DNA of 64,000 nt from positions 1-64,000 of the forward strand of contig CBFGTS010000014.1 of the NCBI GenBank assembly GCA_965652295.1, given 5' to 3'. Under the pieces are notes generated by a model. That model was not told where the DNA came from and did no database searches. It saw only the letters and a list, made by a program, of their open reading frames with translations. Made by a program: the position numbers and the translations under genes. Of this stretch, positions 9,605-21,260 are shown piece after piece (the first letter of the stretch is position 1; each line of letters starts with the position of its first letter). The stretch comes from an uncultured Haloferula sp. (lineage in GTDB: Bacteria > Verrucomicrobiota > Verrucomicrobiia > Verrucomicrobiales > Akkermansiaceae).

Positions 9605-11718
9605 GCCTCCGCCGCCTGCATCTCCCGCATCCTCTCCCATTCATCGATCAAGCTGGAATCGACGCCCCTCACGGTCTGCTCCAGCAGCTTCTCCGCCTTG
9701 TCCAACTCGTCGGTTTTCAGACCCGGGGGCATGGTCTGGACGAGGACTTTGTAGACCTCCGAGAGGTACCGTAGCAGCACGCCTTCGCCGCGTTCGAGGC
9801 CGTAGCGTTTCACGTAGTCCTCGAAGCTCTCCCAACGCTCGACCATTTCCCGCGCCACCGACTTCGGACGCACTCCGGCTTCCTTGGCCCACGGATGTTT
9901 GAGGACGAATTCATTGTAGGTGGCGTAGATGAATTCCTTTCCCGGTTTGGGATGCTCGACTTCCATCAGCCGTTCCATCCGCTCCTCATACTCCACCCCC
10001 TCGGCCTTCAACTCGGCGAGCAACTCGCCCTTCGCTTTGTCCACCTGCTTTTTCAAGACCGCGCCGGGGTCCTCCAGAATTGCCTCGATCAGCGACAGCA
10101 CGTTCAAGGGGTAGTCGCCATCCTCCGGGTCGAGCTGAGGCAGGGTATCGAGCAACCACAGCCCGAGCGTCTGGTGCATGGAAAAATCCTCAGGAAGCTG
10201 GTCTTGCAGGACGACCTTCGCCGGGCCGCTGCGTTCTTCTTTCGGCAGGATGCGCAGGACACCGCCACCAACCAGCGCTTTGAACAGCTCGAAGCCGCGA
10301 CGCCGGAGTTCACGCTTCCCGGCGGACGTTTCGTGACAATCGCGGATGATCCGTCGCAAGGCCGCACAGCCGTCCTCGGATTCGCGACCGAGGACGTTGA
10401 GCAGCATGCCGTGGCTGATGCGGAACTGCGATTGCAGCCGTTCCGGCGGCGAATCCTGGAGCTTCTGGTAGGTGCGCTCGTCCCAGTTCACGAAGCCCTT
10501 CTCCGGCGGGCGCTTCTTCATCGCCTTGCTTTTGCCACCCTTCGCCGCCGCCTTTTCCTCGGCCTTCTTGTTCTCAATGACATAGTCCGGTGCCTGCGCG
10601 ACGACATAGCCGATGTCGTCGAACCCCCGTCGGCCGGCCCGGCCGCAGATCTGTTTGAAATCGCGCACCGCCAGGATGCCAGTACTATCTCCGCCGTATT
10701 TGAAAAGCTGGGTGAAAAGCACGGTGCGGATCGGCACGTTGACGCCGACGCCGAGGGTATCGGTGCCGCAGATGACCTTCAGCAAGCCCTCCTGGGCCAG
10801 CCGCTCGACAAGCACCCGGTATTTCGGAAGCAAGCCGGCGTGGTGGATGCCGAGGCCGTGGCGGAGCAGTTTTTTGACCTCCTTGCCGTAAGGGCTTTTG
10901 AAGTCCGCGTCCTCGAGCATTTCCGCGATGCGGCCCTTCTCCTCCTTGGTGCAGAAGTTCCGGCTCATCAGCTTCTGTGCCGTTTCCGCGCAGCTCCGCT
11001 GGGTGAAATGGACGAGATAGATCGGTGCACGGCGGTCATTGACCAGCTCTTCGACGCGCTCCTCCAGCAGCGTGAGGCTGTATTCAAACTCCAGAGGCAC
11101 CGGGCGCTCCTCGGATTTCACCAGAGCGGTGGGCGCGCCGGTCAGCCGGGTAAGCTCCTTTTCGAAAAACGCCGTGTCGCCAAGCGTGGCGGACATCAAC
11201 AGGAACCTCGCCTGCGGCAGGGTGAGCAGCGGAACCTGCCAGGCAACGCCACGCTCCTTGTCCGAGTAGTAGTGGAACTCGTCCATGATCACATCGTCCA
11301 CCGCCGCCTCCGCGCCTTCGCGCAACGCGAGGTTCGAAAGAATTTCCGCGGTGCAGCAGATCACGGGCGCGGACGGATTCACCGTGGCATCGCCGGTGAT
11401 CATGCCGACCTTTTCCGGGCCGAAGCTCTTGCAGAGCGAGAGGAACTTCTCGTTCGCCAGCGCCTTGATCGGAACGGTGTAGTAGGAGCGGCGGCCGAGA
11501 CAGATGGCGCGGAACTGCATCGCCATCGCCACCAGCGATTTCCCCGAGCCGGTGGGCGTGTTGAGGATCACGTTCTTTCCGCCAAAGACTTCGAGGATCG
11601 CCTCCTCCTGGTGCCCGTAGAGTTCGATCCCGGCCTCGATCAGGTAGTTGAAAAACGCCTCCAGCACCGCGTCGTTGTCCGACGGGTTTCCGAGCGTGGA
11701 GGGATCGAGCACAGCCAT
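9586..11718 (-). CDS. Ski2/HelY-like DEAD/DEAH-box helicase (DUF3516-type C-terminus)
   Basis: PTGSGKS (motif I), DEFH (II), MSAT (III), [10 protein letters not shown] (VI). Confidence 0.9.
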   Translation of the reverse strand: MAVLDPSTLGNPSDNDAVLEAFFNYLIEAGIELYGHQEEAILEVFGGKNVILNTPTGSGKSLVAMAMQFRAICLGRRSYYTVPIKALANEKFLSLCKSFGPEKVGMITGDATVNPSAPVICCTAEILSNLALREGAEAAVDDVIMDEFHYYSDKERGVAWQVPLLTLPQARFLLMSATLGDTAFFEKELTRLTGAPTALVKSEERPVPLEFEYSLTLLEERVEELVNDRRAPIYLVHFTQRSCAETAQKLMSRNFCTKEEKGRIAEMLEDADFKSPYGKEVKKLLRHGLGIHHAGLLPKYRVLVERLAQEGLLKVICGTDTLGVGVNVPIRTVLFTQLFKYGGDSTGILAVRDFKQICGRAGRRGFDDIGYVVAQAPDYVIENKKAEEKAAAKGGKSKAMKKRPPEKGFVNWDERTYQKLQDSPPERLQSQFRISHGMLLNVLGRESEDGCAALRRIIRDCHETSAGKRELRRRGFELFKALVGGGVLRILPKEERSGPAKVVLQDQLPEDFSMHQTLGLWLLDTLPQLDPEDGDYPLNVLSLIEAILEDPGAVLKKQVDKAKGELLAELKAEGVEYEERMERLMEVEHPKPGKEFIYATYNEFVLKHPWAKEAGVRPKSVAREMVERWESFEDYVKRYGLERGEGVLLRYLSEVYKVLVQTMPPGLKTDELDKAEKLLEQTVRGVDSSLIDEWERMREMQAAEAQPSGG

Positions 11719-11957
11719 GGACGGCCGACCATGGGCGGGGATCTTCCGGTTGGGAAGCGGCTCCTTGGCGGATTCGCCCCATTTTCCCTCGGAGGGCCCA
11801 AGGGGCGATCAGAACTTCATCAAGATCTCCTCCGTCAGCACGACCCTTCAAGATCTCTGCGACCTCCTGCCTTTCCTCAGCGCCTCAGCGTGAAAAAAGC
11901 CGGGCTCACCACGGCAGCCCGATTGACCGGCGACGCCCCCCCCTCTAGGGAATCCGC

Positions 11958-12269
11958 ATGGAATTCCAAAACGTCACCGCCCACGCCAAGGCCAACGTCT
12001 ATTTCGACGGCAAGGTCATCTCGCACACCATCGTGACCGCTTCCGGGGAAAGGAAGACCCTCGGGGTGATCCTGCCCGGCAGCTATCATTTCGGCACCGA
12101 GGCACCGGAACTCATGGAGATCGCCGGCGGCGCGTGCAGCCATGTCATCGATGGCACCGAGGACACCATCGCCACGCAGACGGGCGGTTCCTTCAACGTC
12201 CCGGGCAAGAGCGGCTTCACCATCACGGTCGAGGGCGAGCCCTGCCACTATGTTTGCAGCTTCCTGTGA
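11958..12269 (+). CDS. ppnP: Pyrimidine/purine nucleoside phosphorylase (DUF1255/YaiE)
   Basis: ANVYFDGKVISH...KTLGVILPGSYHFGTEAPELMEI...YVCSF, 103 aa. Confidence 0.9.
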   Translation: MEFQNVTAHAKANVYFDGKVISHTIVTASGERKTLGVILPGSYHFGTEAPELMEIAGGACSHVIDGTEDTIATQTGGSFNVPGKSGFTITVEGEPCHYVCSFL

Positions 12270-12270
12270 A

Positions 12271-12428
12271 AGGAGCGCCGATTATGAAATCGGCATCGTC
12301 GTGCCCTTGGCGGCGATCTCTCCATGGGTGATCCAAGTTGCCGAAACGGCCGTGGGGGAATTCGGGGGCTCCATTCGTGAAGCCAACATCGGAGGGCGAT
12401 TCGTGCCGATTTCATAATCGGCGCTCCT
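12271..12428. repeat. Inverted pair of 25-bp REP-like palindromes (REPIN-like)
   Basis: aggagcgccgattatgaaatcggca at 12271-12295, perfect reverse complement at 12404-12428, third copy at 54843-54866. Confidence 0.85.
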
Positions 12429-12448
12429 TGCTCTTGGCTTCAGGTCAC

Positions 12449-12486
12449 AAAAAAGGCCCTCCGGCGGTTTCCCGCCGAAGGGCCTT
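12449..12486 (-). terminator. Intrinsic terminator (distal terminator of the candidate ncRNA; possibly bidirectional)
   Basis: Minus strand aaggcccttcggcgg-gaaa-ccgccggagggcc followed by U6. Confidence 0.85.
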
Positions 12487-12535
12487 GTTCCGGATCATCC
12501 GATCCACCTCTTCTCCCCGCCCTCTCGGGACAGTG

Positions 12536-13521
12536 AAAAAAAGGAGGGGAGTGGGAACTCGCCACGTTCTCTTTCCCCGGTCGACTGGCATTGGGCGCCC
12601 AAGTCCGCCCGTCGAGCTTCGTTGGCTGCCAGTTCCCCGACGTCGCGTCTGCCTGCGAGGACGAATCGCCTGCCTTTCCGGCTCCGCGACGGAGCCGGCC
12701 GGGATGTCGCCATCCTCGGCTTTTCGGGTGAGACTTCTTCGCCCGGATTTCCGGCATCTGCCGATGCCCGCTGTCCGAACCTCGGGTGGAAAGCCCCGCT
12801 GAGAACGGTGCCCTCCTCCCTTTCCCCCGGGGTCGGCATCGCGGCGCTCTCGCTCGCGACCGTTGGCCCCGGGTGACGGGTCTTGTCTCTTACCCCTCAC
12901 GTTGCCTTTCTTGTTTTCTCAGTCGGACGACCGCGTTTCCGCCGGCCTCCCGCTCTCATCGGACTTTATCGCCCGCTCCGTGGTCATCACCTTTGCGCCG
13001 GTGCCTTCCTTCGGAGGGACTCATTCCGCGATGGTTGGATCTCTTTTTTCTCCACCCGGTTGCGATTCCGGGCGATTTCCGCGGCCTTTCGCTTCGTCCT
13101 TCGGCCGCAGGATCTCCTTCCCACCACACTGGCTCACAGTAGCAACTGTCCGGTCTCTTTCGACCGACTGTGTTCGCATCCGTCCCCCGTCGTTCAACCG
13201 TTGGGGGGCTCCATGCGTGACTCGGCTTTGCGATTGGTTGGGTGGCGCGCGTCCTGGCCGGACGCACCTCCACATCGCTCACCGCCTGACTTCCTTTTCG
13301 TGTTTCACGGAAAGACACGACTCTTTCCGCCGGAAGCCGGTGACATTGGCCTCGGACTTGCCGCGATGAACCACCGCCCAGTTTCCGAGGGGCCGGGAAC
13401 GCCAGTTCGTCCCGACCATTGCTCCGGACTTTCGCCCGGATCTATCCCAAGCGCGCTCGTAACCCAAAGGCTCCTTCCCGCGCTCCATTTCTGTCAAAGA
13501 TCAATGTCCCTTGCGAGACAT
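12536..13521 (-). ncRNA. Candidate large (~1 kb) structured non-coding RNA; family not assigned (MISL is the first candidate to test)
   Basis: No credible ORF in a 1.5-kb intergenic gap; dense hairpins with GNRA loops on the minus strand; upstream promoter-like and boxA-like elements; ends in a hairpin plus U7 at 12536, with a second terminator at 12449-12486. Confidence 0.7.
13491..13521 (-). promoter_or_regulatory. boxB-like hairpin plus boxA-like antitermination element
   Basis: Minus strand atgtctc-gcaa-gggacat directly followed by TGATCTTTGACA (10/12 match to E. coli rrn boxA TGCTCTTTAACA). Confidence 0.55.
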
Positions 13522-13526
13522 CTGCG

Positions 13527-13555
13527 ACTTAAGCAAAGGCCCTTGACAGAGTCAA
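13527..13555 (-). promoter_or_regulatory. Candidate sigma70-type promoter of the ncRNA
   Basis: TTGACT (13555-13550), 17-bp spacer, TGn-TTAAGT (13532-13527); the -10 match is weak. Confidence 0.45.
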
Positions 13556-13622
13556 TGAGATTCTTGCATATCACACTGGGAATAAAAGGGTTGTGAATAT
13601 CCTGTGAGTAACTTTCGGTTGA

Positions 13623-16616
<2,994 letters not shown>

Positions 16617-16690
16617 ATGCATGCACGCGAAAACCGCCCGGCCAGGACCGGGCGGGCGGAGTTCGGCTTGGATCACGCCAGAGTGGACGG

Positions 16691-17362
16691 TCACTCCTCC
16701 TCTTCCATCTCCGGCACGATCACCGTGTCGACGGCGTGGATCACGCCGTTGCTCACGTTGAGGTCAGGCTGGGTGATGGTGGCGTCGTTGATCATCATGT
16801 GCTCGCCATCCGTAGACACGGTCAACGAGGTTTCACCGCTGGTCGTGATGGTGCCGGCGGTGAGTTCCTCGGCCAACAGCTCGCCGGCCACCACATGGCC
16901 GAGCAGAACGCGGCTCAGCTGCTCCTTGTTCTCCGGCTTCATCCACTCGTCGAGGGTGGCTTCGGGGATCTTATCAAAAGCCTCATCGGTCGGCGCGAAG
17001 ACTGTGAAGGGCCCGGGTTGGTCCAGGACCTCGCGCAAACCGGCGGCATCCACCACCTTGTTCAACGTGCTGAAATTCTCCGCGTCGCGAAGCGCTTCGG
17101 TGATCGTCTGCGAAGCATCCACGGTGTCGCGTTGGGTGGTGTGCGACGGGGTCTTGCCCGGCGGGCCGGCCTTCCGCATCTCGCGTGCGCCGGTGGCTTG
17201 GTCGGTCGATTCCTCATCGCCTGCCGTGGTATCGGTGCGTTGCACCTGGTTCTCCTGCGCGGGATCGCCCATCGGCGGTGTGTCGTTCGTTTCCTGCGCT
17301 TGAAGAACAGCTGGGACAGCCATCGTCAGGCTCAGGGTCATCAGAATATTTCGAAGTTTCAT
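16691..17362 (-). CDS. Fasciclin (FAS1) domain secreted protein
   Basis: Signal peptide; FSTL...GPFTVFAPTDEAF...SNGVIHAVDTVIVP. Confidence 0.9.
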   Translation of the reverse strand: MKLRNILMTLSLTMAVPAVLQAQETNDTPPMGDPAQENQVQRTDTTAGDEESTDQATGAREMRKAGPPGKTPSHTTQRDTVDASQTITEALRDAENFSTLNKVVDAAGLREVLDQPGPFTVFAPTDEAFDKIPEATLDEWMKPENKEQLSRVLLGHVVAGELLAEELTAGTITTSGETSLTVSTDGEHMMINDATITQPDLNVSNGVIHAVDTVIVPEMEEEE

Positions 17363-17591
17363 CGGTTCGTTTGGTTTCGGTTTCCGCAGCCGGTTCCGGG
17401 TTCGGCCAAGCTGCGCCGGAAGACGTCGCATACCTCGTTCCGATGGAAACTTGCTCTTCAGAACGGTCCGCTAATCACTCGCAGTGAGTCGGTTGAGAAT
17501 CTCAATCCACCCAGTGAATGGCACCGGACCAGCACCCGCTCCGTTGCACTCCCGCCGTTTTCGGGTGCAGGCTGCACACTCTCCCGTCCGA

Positions 17592-18497
17592 CTATTTCCA
17601 CCGCTGCGCCATGACCAGTGATCCCGCCACCAGCAGGGCTCCACAGATGAGCCCCCAGCCGGCCCGCTCGTTTTCGAGGAAAATCAGGGATTCCGTCATG
17701 CCGCAGAGCGGAATGAGAAACCGATAGCCCGCCAACAGCGGCACCGGGTGACGCGTGGAAAGGTGGTTCCAGAGCCCGAAGGCAGCCGCGGAAACGAAAG
17801 CCAGCCAGCAGGTCAGGCCGATCACCGCCGGCGTCATCAGCTCCGCCGCGCGGCTGAAGGCGGGGGCTCCCGTGACCAGAAGCATCAAGCCCCCGATGCC
17901 CAGCGAGAACCCGGTCGCCGCCCGCGCCCCGATGGAGTGCCGGAGTTTCCCGAACTGGATGATGCCCACCGCCCCCAGCCCGGTGGCCGCGATCATCAAT
18001 AGCGCACCCAGCACCGGTCGGCCGGCACCGGCACCCGGAGCGGCGGTGGCCAGCGTGATCCCGATGCCTCCCAACCCGATGGCGATCCACTGCCGCCGCG
18101 TCGGCCACGCCCCTCCGGCCATCACCGGGGCCAGCAGCATCCACCAGAAGCTCCCGGTGCCCGCCAGCAGCCCGGCCAGACTCCCGCTGGCAATCGCGAT
18201 GGCGAGATAGAAGAACAAATACTGCCCGAAGGTCTGGGTCAGCGCGAAGCCCATCAGAGCGGACTTTTTCGTCGCCTTCACCTCCGTCCACGGTCGCCGC
18301 GCCACCAGCCACAGCATCAGCCCGGCGAGGGTGAAACGCACCCCTGCGAACCACCAGTACTCGGTCAGCCCGACCTCCAGCCCCTCGCGCGCCCAGATGG
18401 CATAGACCGTTTTGATGCAGGGAAACGCGCTCCCCCAAAGCGCCGCGCAGAACAACGCCGCGGGCAGCACTCTGAACCACCGATGGTCGCCCTCCAC
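17592..18497 (-). CDS. DMT/EamA family transporter
   Basis: CAALWGSAFPCIK...FAGVRFTLAG, about 10 hydrophobic segments; start uncertain (GTG 18497 chosen). Confidence 0.85.
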   Translation of the reverse strand: MEGDHRWFRVLPAALFCAALWGSAFPCIKTVYAIWAREGLEVGLTEYWWFAGVRFTLAGLMLWLVARRPWTEVKATKKSALMGFALTQTFGQYLFFYLAIAIASGSLAGLLAGTGSFWWMLLAPVMAGGAWPTRRQWIAIGLGGIGITLATAAPGAGAGRPVLGALLMIAATGLGAVGIIQFGKLRHSIGARAATGFSLGIGGLMLLVTGAPAFSRAAELMTPAVIGLTCWLAFVSAAAFGLWNHLSTRHPVPLLAGYRFLIPLCGMTESLIFLENERAGWGLICGALLVAGSLVMAQRWK

Positions 18498-18549
18498 GGA
18501 GCGGAGGCTCGGCAATACCGTCTGTTCTGCAAGCAGGATCCGCCTCTCC

Positions 18550-20145
18550 TCACGCGGCGGGCAGCCAGCCTGCCCGCCGGAACGCTTCCGTCGCCTGCTC
18601 ACAGGTCAGCGCAGCTCGGGCCATCGCCCCCAGCGAATCATGATAACGCCGCCACGCCTGCTGGTCCTCCCCCTCGGGATGATACCTGCGATCATGACCC
18701 TCGCCCTGCCCGATCAACATGCTGTAATACCCTTCCAAACCAAATGAGTTGGTGGGCTCCAGCACAATCCCCGAGAGCAGGGTGCTCGGGCCGTTTTCCC
18801 GGTAATAGCCGACCACCGCTTCCGCCCCGCCCAATGTCGTTTCCTCCCGGCAATGTTCCCAAAAAGGGGAAGAAACCGCATGATTGTAACGATAATGAAC
18901 GGCGAGAAAATCCCGTATATCGTCCCACTGCTTGGTATTATAGCGGTTGTAGTAATCCACCAATGAACGGGTCGGGATGCAGGAACTGTCCGCCAGACAG
19001 TCGGCTAGGGTGCTCGACTGCACACAGATCGCCTGCAGGGCCGTTGCTTCCAGAGGTTCGACAAAACCACTCGCGTTACCGATGGCCACCGCATTGCCAG
19101 CCCACATCCGGTCAAGGCGGTAGGATTCGAACTTCACCCGTCTCAAATCCCCCAGACGCGGATTCCTCTTCCTGAACTCAACCTCCGCCTGGTCATCGTC
19201 CTTGAAGCGGCTCGCATAAACGTAGCCACGGTTGATCCACTCGCGATGTTCGATCTGCCAAGACCACCCGGCATCCATCGCCTCGGCCACAGTATAGGGA
19301 AGAACCGGTTCCCCCGCGCGCGGCCATCCGCCGATCAGCGCACGATCACAAAACAAGGAATCAGAATACCCGCGCCTCTCCACCCCCAGCGCCCGGTGCA
19401 GTATTTCACCGCGGAAACCCGAGGCATCGACGTACAAGTCCGCGTTCAACACCCGCCCATCCTCGAGCACGAGCGACGTCACCCCGGGCTCAATGGAGCC
19501 GGCCAAGTTCACCCCGACGGTCGGGACCTGCGAGACGATGCCATCGATTACCTCAATGCCGACCTGACGACCTGTGGCCTCAAGCCAGCCGACGAGGCTC
19601 TCATTCTCAATATGGAAGGCGTGGCTTTGGCTGAGATCCGGGCTGCCGTCGGCTTTCCGTCCAAAGACGCGATCGTTTGCCATCAAAGCCGAAGCCGGAC
19701 CTATCCACCGGCTCCCCGGGCCTGCGTAATAACCGGAGGGTTTTTTCAATTGGGGAACCGGCTTCTCGAAGTCCGACCCGAACGCGTAGTAGAAGGGTCG
19801 GTCTCCTCCCCAGAGGAACTTGACGCCCAGTTTCCACGACGGCGCGACCGCCTGATAGAAAGCCTTCATGTCGAGGCCGAGATATTGGAAGAAGTGTCGC
19901 GTGAACGCGGCGGTGGTCCCTTCCCCCACGCCGATGATTCCTATCTCCGAACTCCGGAGCAGCCGAATCCGCAAGGAAGGGTTCTTATGAGCAAGAGTTA
20001 GAGCGGCGATCCAACCCGCGCTGCCACCCCCGAGAATTAACACGTCACGGACCGCCAAAGGAGCCTGAACAGGTAAGACTCGCTTCCTATCTGATACATC
20101 CTTATTCCAATCGCCAAAATTCACAATGTGCTTGTATTCAGTCAT
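18550..20145 (-). CDS. Flavin-dependent (tryptophan) halogenase family protein
   Basis: ILGGGSAG, IGVGEGT, WKLGVKF (catalytic Lys position), GWSWQIEH, IGNASGFVEPLEAT; the true start may lie somewhat downstream. Confidence 0.9.
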   Translation of the reverse strand: MTEYKHIVNFGDWNKDVSDRKRVLPVQAPLAVRDVLILGGGSAGWIAALTLAHKNPSLRIRLLRSSEIGIIGVGEGTTAAFTRHFFQYLGLDMKAFYQAVAPSWKLGVKFLWGGDRPFYYAFGSDFEKPVPQLKKPSGYYAGPGSRWIGPASALMANDRVFGRKADGSPDLSQSHAFHIENESLVGWLEATGRQVGIEVIDGIVSQVPTVGVNLAGSIEPGVTSLVLEDGRVLNADLYVDASGFRGEILHRALGVERRGYSDSLFCDRALIGGWPRAGEPVLPYTVAEAMDAGWSWQIEHREWINRGYVYASRFKDDDQAEVEFRKRNPRLGDLRRVKFESYRLDRMWAGNAVAIGNASGFVEPLEATALQAICVQSSTLADCLADSSCIPTRSLVDYYNRYNTKQWDDIRDFLAVHYRYNHAVSSPFWEHCREETTLGGAEAVVGYYRENGPSTLLSGIVLEPTNSFGLEGYYSMLIGQGEGHDRRYHPEGEDQQAWRRYHDSLGAMARAALTCEQATEAFRRAGWLPAA

Positions 20146-20249
20146 TGACAGATCCCGCGTCAATGGATTTCCCGTTAAAGACGGTCGCTTGGTAACGACC
20201 TCGTCCGTCTTGTACGGGCTCAACCTCATCAACCCAACAACCCAATAAA

Positions 20250-21089
20250 ATGACGATACGAAACTCGCTCTGCCTGACTGCTGCCACCATGGCGGCTTTC
20301 ACCTTCGGAGTCCCGGAGGCCAAAGCAGCACTCACCAACCTGTACACGTTCAACGACGGTACGGTGACGGACTCGATCGGCGGCCAGAACGGTACCCTGC
20401 TCAATGGAGCCACGATCAGCGGAGGCATGGCCGATCTCACCTCCACCAATGGACTCAACCCCGGCAGCGGAGGAGCCTACATCTCCCTCCCGGGTGGAAT
20501 CGCCTCTGCGGCAGCAAATGTTGGCACAGCCGGGCAGTTCAGCTTCTCCGTCTGGATCAACGTCCAGGAGAACAGGGACTGGGCCGCTGCGGTATCTTTC
20601 GGAAACTCCGATGGGAACGACGGAGGGAGCGCGGACTATATCCAGGTCATTCCTCGTGCGGGGAATGGCGGCAACACCCTCCGCCTCACCTCGCACCAGA
20701 CAGGAAACGGAACAGAAGGTTTCGTGAACGGCCCGGCTGCCGCCACCGTCGCAGCGCCCATCAACATCATCGGTGTGTTCAACCAGTCCGGCGGCCTTCC
20801 AGGGACGTTGGAAATGTTCATCGACGGCGTCTCCGTCGGTGCCACCGCCATGGCACCGGTCGATATCACCAGCGCTGCCTTCGATACCAACAGCTGGCTG
20901 GGCCGCAGTGCTTGGAATGATTCGGGGTTCGACGGCATGTACGACGAGTTCGCCCTCTACGATACGGCTCTCGACGCTACCGAAGCCGCCGCTGTGTTCG
21001 CTGCCGGACCGACCCCGGTTCCCGAGCCTTCCGCTGCGGTGCTTGCCGTCGGTGCTGCCGCTCTCGGCTTCCGCCGCAGCCGGAAGTAA
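20250..21089 (+). CDS. LamG-like jellyroll protein with PEP-CTERM sorting signal
   Basis: Signal peptide; WLGRSAWNDSGFDGMYDEFALYDTAL; C-terminal VPEPSAAVLAVGAAALGFRRSRK. Confidence 0.9.
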   Translation: MTIRNSLCLTAATMAAFTFGVPEAKAALTNLYTFNDGTVTDSIGGQNGTLLNGATISGGMADLTSTNGLNPGSGGAYISLPGGIASAAANVGTAGQFSFSVWINVQENRDWAAAVSFGNSDGNDGGSADYIQVIPRAGNGGNTLRLTSHQTGNGTEGFVNGPAAATVAAPINIIGVFNQSGGLPGTLEMFIDGVSVGATAMAPVDITSAAFDTNSWLGRSAWNDSGFDGMYDEFALYDTALDATEAAAVFAAGPTPVPEPSAAVLAVGAAALGFRRSRK

Positions 21090-21114
21090 GCCACCTGATT
21101 CAAAAGGTTCCCAG

Positions 21115-21147
21115 GGCCCGTCCATCGTTTCGATGGGCGGGCCTTTT
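21115..21147 (+). terminator. Intrinsic terminator
   Basis: ggcccgtccatcg-ttt-cgatgggcgggcc-tttt. Confidence 0.75.
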
Positions 21148-21260
21148 CAGTCCCTGGATCGGGGAGATCTCCAGAATCGCCCATCCCTCCGCCGGTTTCC
21201 GCTTCCAACCTACGGCGATCCCCCCCAACCTCCGCCCGAAACGAACCAAGCACCTCAGAC

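Noticed and set aside
9895..12036. Long antisense ORFs (e.g. 9895-12036, 13965-16340, 41864-44254, 51646-53502)
   Set aside because: Shadow ORFs opposite well-supported genes, expected in high-GC DNA
12690..13270. Group II intron (a GUGCG near 13267 and an AGCCG-led GNRA hairpin near 12720)
   Set aside because: The hairpin lacks domain V geometry; no domain VI or AY end, no RT ORF and no interrupted host gene
13415..13445. GAAAGUCCGG on the minus strand resembling RNase P RNA P4
   Set aside because: Lacks the preceding GAG and the 3' partner (AACCCGGCUUA-like); the motif sits in a local hairpin, and the unit is far longer than RNase P RNA
12338..13596. Overlapping ORFs of 70-240 aa in the ppnP-ligA gap
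   Set aside because: Arg/Pro/Ser-rich translations with no family motifs on either strand; better explained as structured RNA
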